Assembly (NCBI GenBank): GCA_020852715.1
Contig: JADZAE010000075.1
Coordinates: 23,960 to 87,959, forward strand
DNA: 64,000 bases
From: Deltaproteobacteria bacterium
GTDB taxonomy: Bacteria; Bdellovibrionota_C; UBA2361; SZUA-149; JADZAE01
Direction of reading: 5' to 3'
Part shown: positions 29,192 to 39,209 of the stretch, piece after piece
Layout: each line of letters begins with the position of its first letter
Numbering within the stretch: position 1 is the first letter of the stretch
Program-made: the position numbers and the translations under genes
Notes under the pieces: model-generated
Told to the model about the DNA's origin: nothing
The model's input: the letters and a program-made list of their open reading frames with translations, nothing else
Databases searched by the model: none

Positions 29192-30562
29192 ATGACAAAC
29201 AAACTAAGACTTGCCAGTTTGAAAAATTGTTCCCCCAGGTTAATTAAAGCAAATTTAGAATTTCCTCGTTTCTTGAAAGTCTTCGTTATCTTTGTTTTAT
29301 CTCTGCTCTTGTGCTTGCTCATCGCATGCCCCGACCAATCTTTGGCTGAAACTAGAAAGAAAAACACCTCACAGCAAAAACCCGTTAAAAGCGCTAAAAA
29401 ACAGCAGAATGTAAAGACGGTGAAACGTAGCACCAAGGCGGCTAAAGCCGCCAAAGCCAATGAGGAAAATATAAAGCGCCTCACCTCCAATGAAGTCGCT
29501 TCCAGCTGTCGATCAAGTATCCTCATCAACGCCGATAACGGAGAAGTCATTTTTGAAGAAAATTCTGCCGAGTCATTACCGCCGGCATCAATGATAAAAA
29601 TGATGACTGTGTATGTAGTAATGAAAAAAATCGAATCCGGGCAAGCTCATCTTGATGACAAAATAACCGTCTCTCCCCATGCCTCGAAGATAGGAGGTTC
29701 GCAAGTTTACTTAAAACAAGGGGAACAATTTACGCTCGAAGAGTTACTAGAGGCTGTCATCGTACAAAGTGCCAATGATGCTGCCACCGTAATTGCTGAG
29801 CACTTAGCTGGTGATGTATCCGGTTTTGTGACAATGATGAATGAAGAAGCAAAATTGCTAGGCTTAAAGAACACTATAATAAGAACTCCGCATGGCCTAC
29901 CTCCGGCAAAGTATCAAGAGCCGGATTTAACGTCTGCAAAAGATTTAGCTGCTATGGGAGCAGCTCTTATCAAGCGTTTCCCGGCTGTAATTGCTTACAC
30001 ATCTAAGCTCACTTCCACTTTCCGCAACGGCTCATTTACGATGACTAGTAGCAACCATTTATTAAAAACGTTTCCCGGCTGTGATGGTCTTAAAACAGGT
30101 TATACAATACAGGCCGGGTTTGGCGTAACAGCCACTGCCAAACGTGACGGGGTAAGAATGATTGCCGTGGTAATGGGTTGCGATAACGGGAAAAAACGCT
30201 TTAATGAAACGGCCCGCTTACTAAATATTGGTTTTAGTCATTATCGCTCAGTCAAAATTGTTCAGGCCGGTAAGTCAGCAAAGGCTGTTGTCCCGGTAAA
30301 ACATGGGGAGAATGCCCAAACTTCATTAATTACCGCTACTGACCTGACTGTCACTACGAAGGCTGCTGACACTGAGAAAATTGTGGAAAGAGAGGATACC
30401 TGCAATGAGCTGGAAGCTCCTGTAAAAAAAGGAACTAGCTGTGGCTCAATTACCTATTTAATAGGAGACACCGAGATCGGCAAGGTAAGCTTGATTGTTC
30501 CCCAAGATATTCCTGCACTTAAAGGTTACGGGAAAATTTTGCGAGCACTTAACGTGAAGTAA
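29192..30562 (+). CDS. dacC: D-alanyl-D-alanine carboxypeptidase (PBP5/6, peptidase S11) with a Lys-rich N-terminal extension
   Basis: The SxxK (SMIKMMT), SxN (SANDAA) and KTG (LKTGYT) motifs are present. A signal peptide and a ~60-aa K-rich low-complexity segment precede the catalytic domain. Confidence 0.8.
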   Translation: MTNKLRLASLKNCSPRLIKANLEFPRFLKVFVIFVLSLLLCLLIACPDQSLAETRKKNTSQQKPVKSAKKQQNVKTVKRSTKAAKAAKANEENIKRLTSNEVASSCRSSILINADNGEVIFEENSAESLPPASMIKMMTVYVVMKKIESGQAHLDDKITVSPHASKIGGSQVYLKQGEQFTLEELLEAVIVQSANDAATVIAEHLAGDVSGFVTMMNEEAKLLGLKNTIIRTPHGLPPAKYQEPDLTSAKDLAAMGAALIKRFPAVIAYTSKLTSTFRNGSFTMTSSNHLLKTFPGCDGLKTGYTIQAGFGVTATAKRDGVRMIAVVMGCDNGKKRFNETARLLNIGFSHYRSVKIVQAGKSAKAVVPVKHGENAQTSLITATDLTVTTKAADTEKIVEREDTCNELEAPVKKGTSCGSITYLIGDTEIGKVSLIVPQDIPALKGYGKILRALNVK

Positions 30563-30564
30563 CC

Positions 30565-31257
30565 CTATTCATTTAAGTAATTAATCAGCGACTTAAAAAA
30601 CATTAGCCCGTCAGTAAGCCCAAGCAAGGAATCTGTAGCTAAATCGATTCTGGGCATCAGACCCAAAACATTACCTTCCTTGTTGGTTACGCCGGCCAAA
30701 GAGTGCAGCGAACTTAGAAAACCATTGTATAAATCTACTTCGCCATATTGATCATAATATCGCAGAGCCACACGCTTGGCGTCTTCTAAATCTTTAATCG
30801 TTCTTTTATCTGTATAAAAGGACCCATAATAGCAGGCCATCGGCAGCCGCATCATTGTGTCTTCAGGTATATACTTAGTGAAGGGGCTGCCATGGCTTTC
30901 TACTCGCACATTGGCCTCTTCATTACAGAACTTCATGCTTGGATTTTGCAATAAAACACCTGGCAAAATTCCTATCTCGCAAAGAATTTGAAAACCATTT
31001 CCAATCCCCAAAACCGGCTTGCCATCATTAGCATAGCGTTTAACCAATCCTGTTACCGGGGTGCCTTTAACCAGCGCCCCCGGACGTAAATAATCGCCAA
31101 AAGAAAAACCACCGGGAATAATAATCGCAGCTGCTTCTTTGGCCGACTCGGCTCGATAATTGAGCAAAAAAGCATCCTGATCCAAATTTTTAAGGATGCG
31201 AACGACCTCCGCTGATGAATTTGATCCGGGAAAATCGACAACTGCAATCTTAGCCAT
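30565..31257 (-). CDS. purQ: Phosphoribosylformylglycinamidine synthase subunit PurQ (glutaminase)
   Basis: MAKIAVVDFPGSN...; a GATase-type catalytic Cys region is present. Adjacent to purS. Confidence 0.85.
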   Translation of the reverse strand: MAKIAVVDFPGSNSSAEVVRILKNLDQDAFLLNYRAESAKEAAAIIIPGGFSFGDYLRPGALVKGTPVTGLVKRYANDGKPVLGIGNGFQILCEIGILPGVLLQNPSMKFCNEEANVRVESHGSPFTKYIPEDTMMRLPMACYYGSFYTDKRTIKDLEDAKRVALRYYDQYGEVDLYNGFLSSLHSLAGVTNKEGNVLGLMPRIDLATDSLLGLTDGLMFFKSLINYLNE

Positions 31258-31259
31258 AA

Positions 31260-31508
31260 CTATTTTTTCTCTTCGAAGAGAACAGTAAAATTCTCAATAT
31301 CAGGATTAATCAATAAACGATCGCACATTTGGCTAATACGCTCACGCGTCCCCTCTTGATCCGCTGATTCGATATCTAGCTCTATTAACTTGCCAATTCT
31401 GGCAGCACGCACTTCGGCAAAACCAAGCTCTACCAACCGTTGCTTTAAAACTCTGCCGGCAGCATCGATAACATCTTCGTTTAAACGAATAAGTACATTG
31501 GCTTTCAT
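31260..31508 (-). CDS. purS: Phosphoribosylformylglycinamidine synthase subunit PurS
   Basis: 82 aa, PurS-like, immediately upstream of purQ. Confidence 0.8.
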   Translation of the reverse strand: MKANVLIRLNEDVIDAAGRVLKQRLVELGFAEVRAARIGKLIELDIESADQEGTRERISQMCDRLLINPDIENFTVLFEEKK

Positions 31509-31641
31509 AAATCATTCCTTTTCTTCCACTAGGAAATTTTAAGCAAAACACTAAATCACTACATATAACGGTTAATTCATAACTGGGCTTTAATCCTAAG
31601 ACAAGAAACATTTCCCCTTAAATAGGGGAAATGCCTAGTTC

Positions 31642-32499
31642 TCAGTTCTGGCCAACGACTTGGGCATATAAAGTCTCACTGACTAACTCAATTTCCGAAC
31701 GGCCACTAAGCTCGGCAACTGAGAACAGCTCTGTGGCTACCGCTACTCCGGCCACAACAAAATTCGGCTTAGCCTTGACCTCTCCCCAGGCACGATGAAA
31801 TTCTTCGACAACCAATTCCGGGGTATTTGATTTCTCGCTGATATGCGCCGCTACGACAATCTGCAAGCGGCAATTTTCCTCAGCTCCGATTTCGGCTACC
31901 AAAGACGCCGCACACTGATTACTTAAATGGCCTTTATTGCCTTTGATTCGCTGTTTCAGTTCCCAAGGATAAGCACATTCTAAAAGCATATCCGGATCAT
32001 GATTAAACTCTAAAACCAAAGCATCAGCAGCAGCCAAATAGTGTTTTAATGTACTGCTCACCCGCCCGACATCCGTAACTACGACCAACGACTGCTCTCC
32101 CAACGTAATTTTATACCCTACCGGGTCAATAGCATCGTGATCGATACTGAAAGCCTCAATTTCAAAATCTGCAATATTAAATGCTGCTCCCTTCTCCACT
32201 TCCACAGCATTTACATTTGACCAAGAGTAATTATCTTGAATCACACTTAGAGTATTAGAATTAACATAAACAGGAATCTCGTATTTTTTTGCCAGTTTTG
32301 CCACACCGGACACATGGTCACCATGCTCATGAGTGATCAAAATGCCAGCAATATCTTCTGTCCGAGCACCGAGCCCTTCTATTCTTTTTGTCGCCTCGCG
32401 TAGGCTCAAGCCGCAGTCAACCAGAACAGATTTCTGTCCATCAGAGACAAAAGTGCCATTTGCTTTGCTGCCGCTTGACAATACAGAAAAATACAGCAT
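31642..32499 (-). CDS. MBL-fold metallo-hydrolase
   Basis: HEHGDH is the HxHxDH motif. The N-terminal VLVDCG pattern fits. Confidence 0.7.
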   Translation of the reverse strand: MLYFSVLSSGSKANGTFVSDGQKSVLVDCGLSLREATKRIEGLGARTEDIAGILITHEHGDHVSGVAKLAKKYEIPVYVNSNTLSVIQDNYSWSNVNAVEVEKGAAFNIADFEIEAFSIDHDAIDPVGYKITLGEQSLVVVTDVGRVSSTLKHYLAAADALVLEFNHDPDMLLECAYPWELKQRIKGNKGHLSNQCAASLVAEIGAEENCRLQIVVAAHISEKSNTPELVVEEFHRAWGEVKAKPNFVVAGVAVATELFSVAELSGRSEIELVSETLYAQVVGQN

Positions 32500-32590
32500 G
32501 TTATTTGCTATTCCTTTATTCTCTTTTTCTTTTAAAGCCGCTATAGGACTAATCTATCCAAAGCAAAAAGGCAATTTATTTTAAACAGCA

Positions 32591-33208
32591 ATGAAATATC
32601 GATTATTCTTATTTAGTTTATTTTGCATAACCAATATTGCGGTTGCGCAACAAACGTGTATGCCACCTACTATCACTGAAGAATTAGAAAAAGTAATTGC
32701 TTCGGCTAACCCCTTTTACAATTCGATTAATGCTCAAGGATCTTTAAGTTACGAATCCCAACGATTGCTTGCTGAGGCGCAGATTTTAAAACAAACCCAC
32801 ACAGCAAAAAGCAAATGCACCGATTCCTGTCTCCTGGCAAAAGATGTTGATATTTTATTCACTACTGTTCCTAATAAATTACAAAGCAATTATGCTGAGA
32901 GAAATAAATGCTTAGAGATGCAGAATAAAACAACAGCATCTCCTTTCTTATTTACTCCCGAATCATTTGAAGACACTGAGGCCTTCGGGGCCTGGTTTTC
33001 AGACTTTTCCCGCGGTAACGGCCAGGATGGGAAAAAGCTATACGAACTCTGCCCGGGTGCTTGCAGCCCCCGTTACAGCACACTGATTAGGCCAATAAAC
33101 CAAAAGCTAAAAGCTGAGGTAAGCGTCATTTGCGGAGAAGCCCGCGATAAAATGGATAATAAATATCAGCTAGGAATTGCCTTACAGTGGACATGCCGAC
33201 GGCAGTAA
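32591..33208 (+). CDS. Secreted Cys-containing protein of unknown function
   Basis: It has an N-terminal signal peptide (MKYRLFLFSLFCITNIAVAQQ). No homology was recognised. Confidence 0.4.
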   Translation: MKYRLFLFSLFCITNIAVAQQTCMPPTITEELEKVIASANPFYNSINAQGSLSYESQRLLAEAQILKQTHTAKSKCTDSCLLAKDVDILFTTVPNKLQSNYAERNKCLEMQNKTTASPFLFTPESFEDTEAFGAWFSDFSRGNGQDGKKLYELCPGACSPRYSTLIRPINQKLKAEVSVICGEARDKMDNKYQLGIALQWTCRRQ

Positions 33209-33402
33209 CCTTGTAAACGTAGCTAATCAGTGCTAAAGCCCGTTGTTCTTTCTAAAAGCATTTCTAGTGTAGATCCGAGACTTTCTCTCCTAGACACAAG
33301 ACTCAAATCGAACTGATCGAGGAAATCTTCTGTGTAGGAGGAAGGCATTTAGGTTTTTCGGGGCCTTGCACTGGTCAAAAATATTTCCGAAAGGAGGCTA
33401 AA

Positions 33403-34035
33403 ATGGAGACAGCATTACCCTCTCCTTTCGTAGCCGCAAACGGCATCAAATTGTTTCACATAGAAAACAATGTTTACCTTAGCTTAGAGACTGAGGAGAG
33501 CAATAAGTGGTATCGCTGCGTCCTTGAAAAAAGCTATCATGGTTCATGCGGAGTTGATGAAAAAGGTCACTCTATCCCTATTTGGGAGGAGACTATCAAC
33601 CTCATTAGGGATAATGAACCGCTGGTTGTCAATTCTGGTCCCAAAGTTGAGTCTATGCAATTTGTCCAAGGTGATGTTGATAATATTATTTTTTGGGCCT
33701 GGCACTGCCGTAAAGACAAACTCTTTGTTTCAGCCCTGCGCCTGCATGGCGATGTAGAAAAAGGAGCTCGCATCGCGAGGATATTCGGACAACTTATCGC
33801 AGCTTGCATCACCTTGATTGTTATTACTTTCCTTGGCCTGTCGAACTTTTATTTGTACCTACAAGCCATTCCTTACGGACTGGGTAATATTGGCGCCTGG
33901 ACATTTACGACCTGCTTATTTTTGTTTTTGCAGTTTTTTTTGGGCGAGACATTTCAAATAAGAGCATTGATGCTTTATGCTCAGAACTTTTGGCTTGTAG
34001 AGCAGGAGGGTCGCCCTGTTTTTATTCCAATATAA
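33403..34035 (+). CDS. Membrane protein of unknown function (soluble N-domain + 2 C-terminal TM helices)
   Basis: The hydrophobic C-terminus is IAACITLIVITFLGL...WTFTTCLFLFLQFFLG. Confidence 0.35.
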   Translation: METALPSPFVAANGIKLFHIENNVYLSLETEESNKWYRCVLEKSYHGSCGVDEKGHSIPIWEETINLIRDNEPLVVNSGPKVESMQFVQGDVDNIIFWAWHCRKDKLFVSALRLHGDVEKGARIARIFGQLIAACITLIVITFLGLSNFYLYLQAIPYGLGNIGAWTFTTCLFLFLQFFLGETFQIRALMLYAQNFWLVEQEGRPVFIPI

Positions 34036-34205
34036 AACTCTGCCGACCTATTGGTTTTGTCGCTGCGGGACAGCATTTATGTCCCGCAGCAGAAACGGTT
34101 TGATGCCTTCTCCGCAAAAAGTTTACTTTCCCGGTAAATTGACCATTAAAAGAAAACACTCCTGACTTTTTATCTGTTGTCTTAAGTAAGCGGCCGGCCT
34201 AAGGG

Positions 34206-35924
34206 TTACCATCCGCCACCACCGCCGCCGCCTCCTCCGCCTCCAGAACTACCACCTGAACCACTACTACGGCCGGGAGCATTACCCGCAGCAATAATTG
34301 CATTACTTAAGTTTACCCCAATGGCTTTATCCACAAAGTCAGCCGAACTCCAAATGCCATTTCCAATATGCCAACCAGGATGATAGTGCGAAAAATCCTT
34401 CCCCTGAGCTATTAAACTAGCTTCAAATTTTTTCGTCCAGTTAGAAGCTACATCCAAAGCTACTGCATAAGGCAGATGCTTTTCAAACATCTCAGTAGTA
34501 ATATTTTCGGCTTTAGCTAAGGCTATATCTTGAGACTCGGCAGTAGCTAAATACATTTTATAACCTTCGATGTGATCCATCAACGCACGGCCTTCCACTG
34601 TCGGAGTTTTTAGCAAATACAAAAACAACGCTGTTAGAGCTGCTCCCAAAGGTAAAAATAATGCTAGAACTACCGGTAGAGAATCCGATTGCAAAGCAAA
34701 CGTGAGCCCAACAAGCCCAAGGGCAGCAATCGTCGGCGGAATCACATATTGATAATTCAAAGCAAATATTTTCTCTTTGTAGTTGTCCCTTAAGGTGTTT
34801 TTTAATATCCGGCGCACACTATAAAAAATACGGTGATTTTCGTTACTCGGTTTAAGTATGATCATATCTTGATTAGCAAACAAAGTCGTCCAAATCATGT
34901 TCTCAACATCAGATAGCTTACTTAGCTCACCCTCTTTTCTCTTTAACAGAATATTAGTTTGATCAAATAAGCCTCCAAGCTTAGCCTCAGTATGTTCTGA
35001 AATCTCAATAAAACCTTTAATGGCTAGCTGCGAAATTGCCGCCAGGAGGCACTTATTATGGTACCCCATCGACATTATATATTTCACCGCCGCCGGCTCT
35101 AATTGCTCCGGCGCCTCATACTGTGGGATTATCGTTCCTTTCTTCGGATCTCTCCCCACTTTCCTCCAAACCACTAAATAATAGATAGCTAAAACAATGA
35201 CGAGCAACAGGGCAAAAGCAACTCCTTCAAAAACCGGACTAGCCGGACTGGATTGGCTGATATTGCCTTTAGGCCAGCTAACAAAGACGGTTAAACCCTC
35301 GTGTGCTCGCAATGGTGCTGTCGTTTCAAATTGAATGATATTCGAAGCCAATAGACGCGCTGAATAGTTACTTCCGCGCACTTCCTGCGGCCCGGTAAAC
35401 GCCTTATAATCATTAATTTTTATCTCTGTCGGTAATGTAATTCTTGCATAAGCGTATCTAATTGGGAAAATCCAACCCGTGCCTACTGTGTTAAAATATA
35501 ATTCATCATGATCAGCAAAATACCCCAATTGTCTGTTTGTCTTAAAAACTAGCTCATAAGAATATATCCCTTTGGCCAAATAAACCTTGGCATCTCCGAT
35601 ATACACTCGCGTTCCATTGCTTATTGACTCCGTATGCCACTTTTCACTTTGTCCATCCCGTTTAACTGAGAGAACTTTAAAATCAACCGAAATAGTATGG
35701 CCACTGCCATCTTGGTATTTTGTCGGAAAATCGCGATAAATACCCCGCTTAATATCAACCTGTTGACAGTTGACCTTAATCTTTTCAGTAATTATCAGCT
35801 CTCCGTTTTTTTGCACCTCGATTTCTGAGCCATAAGATAATATCTCCTCAATCTGAGCAGCAGCAGAAGAGACAAGCAAGCTGGCAGAAAGGATTAATAG
35901 TCCAAAAAATAATTGTATTTTCAT
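34206..35924 (-). CDS. DUF2207-family membrane protein with a Gly-rich C-terminal tail
   Basis: It has a signal peptide, TM helices and a C-terminal GRSSGSGGSSGGGGGGGGGGGW tail. It is paired with a LemA gene, as is typical for the family. Confidence 0.7.
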   Translation of the reverse strand: MKIQLFFGLLILSASLLVSSAAAQIEEILSYGSEIEVQKNGELIITEKIKVNCQQVDIKRGIYRDFPTKYQDGSGHTISVDFKVLSVKRDGQSEKWHTESISNGTRVYIGDAKVYLAKGIYSYELVFKTNRQLGYFADHDELYFNTVGTGWIFPIRYAYARITLPTEIKINDYKAFTGPQEVRGSNYSARLLASNIIQFETTAPLRAHEGLTVFVSWPKGNISQSSPASPVFEGVAFALLLVIVLAIYYLVVWRKVGRDPKKGTIIPQYEAPEQLEPAAVKYIMSMGYHNKCLLAAISQLAIKGFIEISEHTEAKLGGLFDQTNILLKRKEGELSKLSDVENMIWTTLFANQDMIILKPSNENHRIFYSVRRILKNTLRDNYKEKIFALNYQYVIPPTIAALGLVGLTFALQSDSLPVVLALFLPLGAALTALFLYLLKTPTVEGRALMDHIEGYKMYLATAESQDIALAKAENITTEMFEKHLPYAVALDVASNWTKKFEASLIAQGKDFSHYHPGWHIGNGIWSSADFVDKAIGVNLSNAIIAAGNAPGRSSGSGGSSGGGGGGGGGGGW

Positions 35925-36448
35925 AAGCTGACCTTGGGTGCTTCTTTTTCTGTGGCTAACGTTAATTCAAAAAATGGCGAGATTTGATGATGACTGATAC
36001 CGGCAACAAGGTTACTAGGAAAGCTCTCAATGAGAGTATTATAATTGCGCACACAACCATTGTAATAACGACGGGCACTTTCCAAATCATCTTCGATCTC
36101 AACCAAGCTGGTTTGCAATTGAATAAAATTCTGGCTTGCTTTTAAGTCCGGATAGGCTTCGGCCAAAGCAAAGATCTGCTTGAAGCTGTTTGTTAAATTA
36201 TTTTCTATCTGTGCCGCTTCCTGCAAATTGCCCGCGCGCGCAAGCGCCCCATCTTTAAAAGTGCTGCTTTCATGCTTAGTATATCCTTTAACACTCTCCA
36301 CTAAAGTAGGCAGCAAGTCATGGCGCTTCTTTAGCTGTACATCAACATCACTCCAAGCCTCATTATATAAATTTTTAAATTTGACGAGTTTATTAGAGAC
36401 GTAAACAAAGTAAGCTACGATTAAGACAATGATAATCAAAAAAAGCAT
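35921..36448 (-). CDS. lemA: LemA family protein
   Basis: N-terminal TM + ...RHDLLPTLVESVKGYTKHESS...RRYYNGCVRNYN is the LemA signature. Confidence 0.8.
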   Translation of the reverse strand: MLFLIIIVLIVAYFVYVSNKLVKFKNLYNEAWSDVDVQLKKRHDLLPTLVESVKGYTKHESSTFKDGALARAGNLQEAAQIENNLTNSFKQIFALAEAYPDLKASQNFIQLQTSLVEIEDDLESARRYYNGCVRNYNTLIESFPSNLVAGISHHQISPFFELTLATEKEAPKVSL

Positions 36449-36670
36449 ATTAAGAATTTTCCTTGCTAAAATTGGACATTTAGTCTGTTAACCATAAGTC
36501 ACGGTTTTCATATCCTAAGACCACTACTTTTGTATGTCTCGAAATTAAGGATCCGGCTTGGCGTTTTCTTGGTCTATCCGCCTTTCTGTTCACTTCCAAA
36601 ACGCCCTTATCGCACTCTCCATAAATAAGCTAATTTATGCTCGGAAAAGACTTTGGATTTTTATTCGCTG

Positions 36671-36700
36671 CTCTTAAGGGATGGTATTTTTTGTTTGGCT
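36671..36700 (+). repeat. Fragment of the Rep-A promoter-like module (CTCTTAAGGGATGGTATTTTTTGTTTGGCT)
   Basis: It matches the Rep-A block TCCTAAGGTAATGGTATATTTTTGTTCGGCTCTT. Confidence 0.45.
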
Positions 36701-36801
36701 ATCAATAACATTTACGAAGACAAAGATGTTTCAGGTGCGAAGTGGAAATTATTATCTTACAGAAGGATAAGTGATGTTATTTTAGGGAACTAAACGCGAA
36801 A

Positions 36802-36839
36802 TCGCCCCCTAAACTGATATCTTGCTGTTTAGGGGGCGA
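36802..36839. terminator. Strong rho-independent terminator (13-bp perfect stem TCGCCCCCTAAAC / GTTTAGGGGGCGA)
   Basis: A perfect inverted repeat with a 12-nt loop lies just downstream of the minus-strand gene ending at 36864. Confidence 0.7.
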
Positions 36840-36863
36840 TCTGCAAACTTTATTTAAGCTTCC

Positions 36864-38165
36864 TTAAGTTAAAGCTGCGCCGCAAGCTGCATTAGCACTA
36901 TTGATTATATTTGATATAAGCACCTTAGCTTTAGCTGCAGTTGCTGTGTGAACATTGCCACGTATTTGCGAATAAGACCTTCCGATGCTCATGAAGTATT
37001 CACACCATACCACTCTAGACATGATATCAGGTCCACCTACTCCCGAAATATCACATGACTTACTGTAAGTTGATGTATAGGTAGTGAGGTAAGAACTTGA
37101 GCTTGGAGCAATTCCGGAGCAGGCATTATAAGTATTCTCTCCTCTCCAATTATTCCGAACATTTGGGCCCAAATCATTCCATTGCTCTTCAGCATTCTCC
37201 AAAGCTGAGATACTGCTTGAGTTACCATTAAATGAATAAACGCAGTCATTGCCTATAGTGCGAACGTAGCTTATAATATCACGCGAGCAGCTAAAGCCAA
37301 CTTGTGGATCTAGAAACTCATATGTAGTGACTCGACGAAAACCTAGCTTTACCACGGCCGATTCCGGCACACGCACTTGAGCAGAATCAACTTTTCTAAG
37401 AACATGTGCTACCAAAGTCCCTGCTGAATTCAACTTCGTAAGACTAGCTTCTGACTTAAATGGCAGAAGAATAGCACCTGTCGTGGCATTTATGATTTCG
37501 CCTTCCTCGCAATTCTCCTTGGCCATTGCTAAAACTGATCCATAATCTTCCACAGTCTGAAATAGCTTATCTCCTTCTTGCAAGCACTTATCACACATCG
37601 GAGAAGTTCCTGACTTAAGAGCTAATTTTTGCTGTAATAGTTTAGCTGCCGTAAGGTTATTAGTAAAAGTAGTTAAACCAGTAACAGCAAGTGGGTGAGC
37701 AATATTCAAGGGAGGATACTCTCTTAACTGACCCAAAGGTTTTAATGCCACCACCGGAGAAATATTGGGGCTATAACTAGCATATGTCCTTGCCGTTGGA
37801 CGATAAGGCTTCAATTATGTGCTGATGTTATATGCTAGCATGTAAATATCCAATTCCAAATCACGAAATCCCCTATCTGATTTTTGATAAGATTTTACCT
37901 TCCAAGTTTGGAGAGTGGTATTAAAATAAATATCCGAGTCCTTAGCAAAAACGATAGACACATCCTTACCGTTATAAAAAGCAACTCTACCCGGTAAGAG
38001 CGCATTATACGCGGGGCACATAGCCACAGCAAAAGAGCAAGTTGCACTTCCTACAGTTAGAACAGTATTAAAGCAGGCTCGAAAATTGGGGATAACATAG
38101 GGAGCGGGAGTGGCAGTTTGGGCAGATGCCGCAGAAAACATCGAAAGAGCCAATGTTGCTCCCAA
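36864..38165 (-). pseudogene. Secreted protein of unknown function with a single in-frame TAA (37815-37817)
   Basis: ORFs 37815-38165 and 36864-37814 share one frame (...YNIST*LKPYRPTART...). There is a signal-peptide-like N-terminus (...LGATLALSMFSAASA/QTA). The start codon is uncertain: TTG at 38165, with an open frame upstream. Confidence 0.5.
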
Positions 38166-38315
38166 ACCAACAGTTCGTAAACTTTTTAATATGGAAGTGT
38201 GGGGATATTTCTTTTTACCTCTTTAATAACCTTCATTAATAAGCCAAACCAAACCTCATAACCTGGAGATACCTTGACTAATCAGGCCTTCCGGCTCAAC
38301 TGCTTCGGTAAAATG

Positions 38316-38520
38316 AATCCATTCACGATTTTTACTGAGTTTCTATCCAAAAGCCCCAAGAGGGGGCAAGTTTTGCGAAGCAAAACTATGGGGGGATGAA
38401 GACTAAGCCTTCACAAGATTAGTCGTTTCCGATGAGGAAACGTCAATAAAATTAAAAATATCCATTTTTTATAATACCCCCAAATTTTTAATAAATCTTA
38501 TCCCGTGAAGGCTTACGGTA
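38316..38520 (+). repeat. Rep-B element, copy 3
   Basis: It matches 28745-28937. Confidence 0.75.
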
Positions 38521-38639
38521 AAATTTAAAATGACAACTTAGCCTAAGCTTTTCCGCCACTTACCCCAAGACAGTGCAACCTCCTTCGCACACAAGTAAAG
38601 CTTGGTTATGATTTTTCAAACGCACATAATTAATCGTGG

Positions 38640-39190
38640 CAGACACGAAGTGGGAACGTGCGCAGCGTGAGTGTTTCAAAAAGAATCTAGCGCCAGCTTC
38701 ACGAACTTCCAAATTGCCAAGGCGTTTTTATGGAACGCGGACCCACATTGAGAGCGAGAGCGAACAACTGGGTCGCCTACGCTACAAAGGCACACGATGG
38801 TTGGCGGAACCACAAACCACGCTTGCCGGCATTCTCACCGCCGGCGACCCAGACTCGGCTACGCCGAGGTCATGGGTCGCGTTCCACAGCGTATGCGGAA
38901 TTTTCACTCGTCCATGGCGCTTACACGTTACGCACAAAATAATTCGGATCTTTTTCGAGTCGCGATGGCCAACGACAAAATTGCCCGAAATCGCACCCAG
39001 CTTATGTTTAGGAGAAGAGCAAGTTTGAGCCGGAGACTAGGAAGACAAGCGGCGAGCCCCAATCGGAAGCCTCCGAGCGGCTTCCGGCCCTGTAACTCTT
39101 CATACCTAACGCTAGTAAATTAAAACAAGCTCACAAACTCCCACAGTGTAGGAAACTACATGCGGAGCCGCGCAGTCTGACAGCGTATCC
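38640..39190. repeat. Rep-C: GC-rich (about 55% by eye) MITE-like element, copy A, with terminal inverted repeats TGGAACGCGGACCCA ... TGGGTCGCGTTCCA
   Basis: The island contrasts with the AT-rich flank and carries only spurious overlapping ORFs. Its conserved ends are shared with 48840-49200. Confidence 0.6.
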
Positions 39191-39209
39191 GGCCAAAATT
39201 GCTCTTCTC

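Noticed and set aside
38636-39123. ORFs 38636-39028, 38730-38942 and 38797-39123 as protein-coding genes
   Set aside because: They overlap each other in different frames inside the GC-rich repeat and have no domain resemblance. This pattern is typical of chance ORFs in GC-rich non-coding DNA.
38640-39190. GC-rich island as tmRNA, RNase P RNA or SRP RNA
   Set aside because: I could find no GGAAAGUCCGGGCUCC / ACAGAACCCGGCUUA RNase P motifs, no tmRNA tRNA-like ends or ANDxxxALAA tag frame, and no SRP GGAA-tetraloop domain IV. The presence of a second copy with the same ends (48840-49200) argues for a repeat element.
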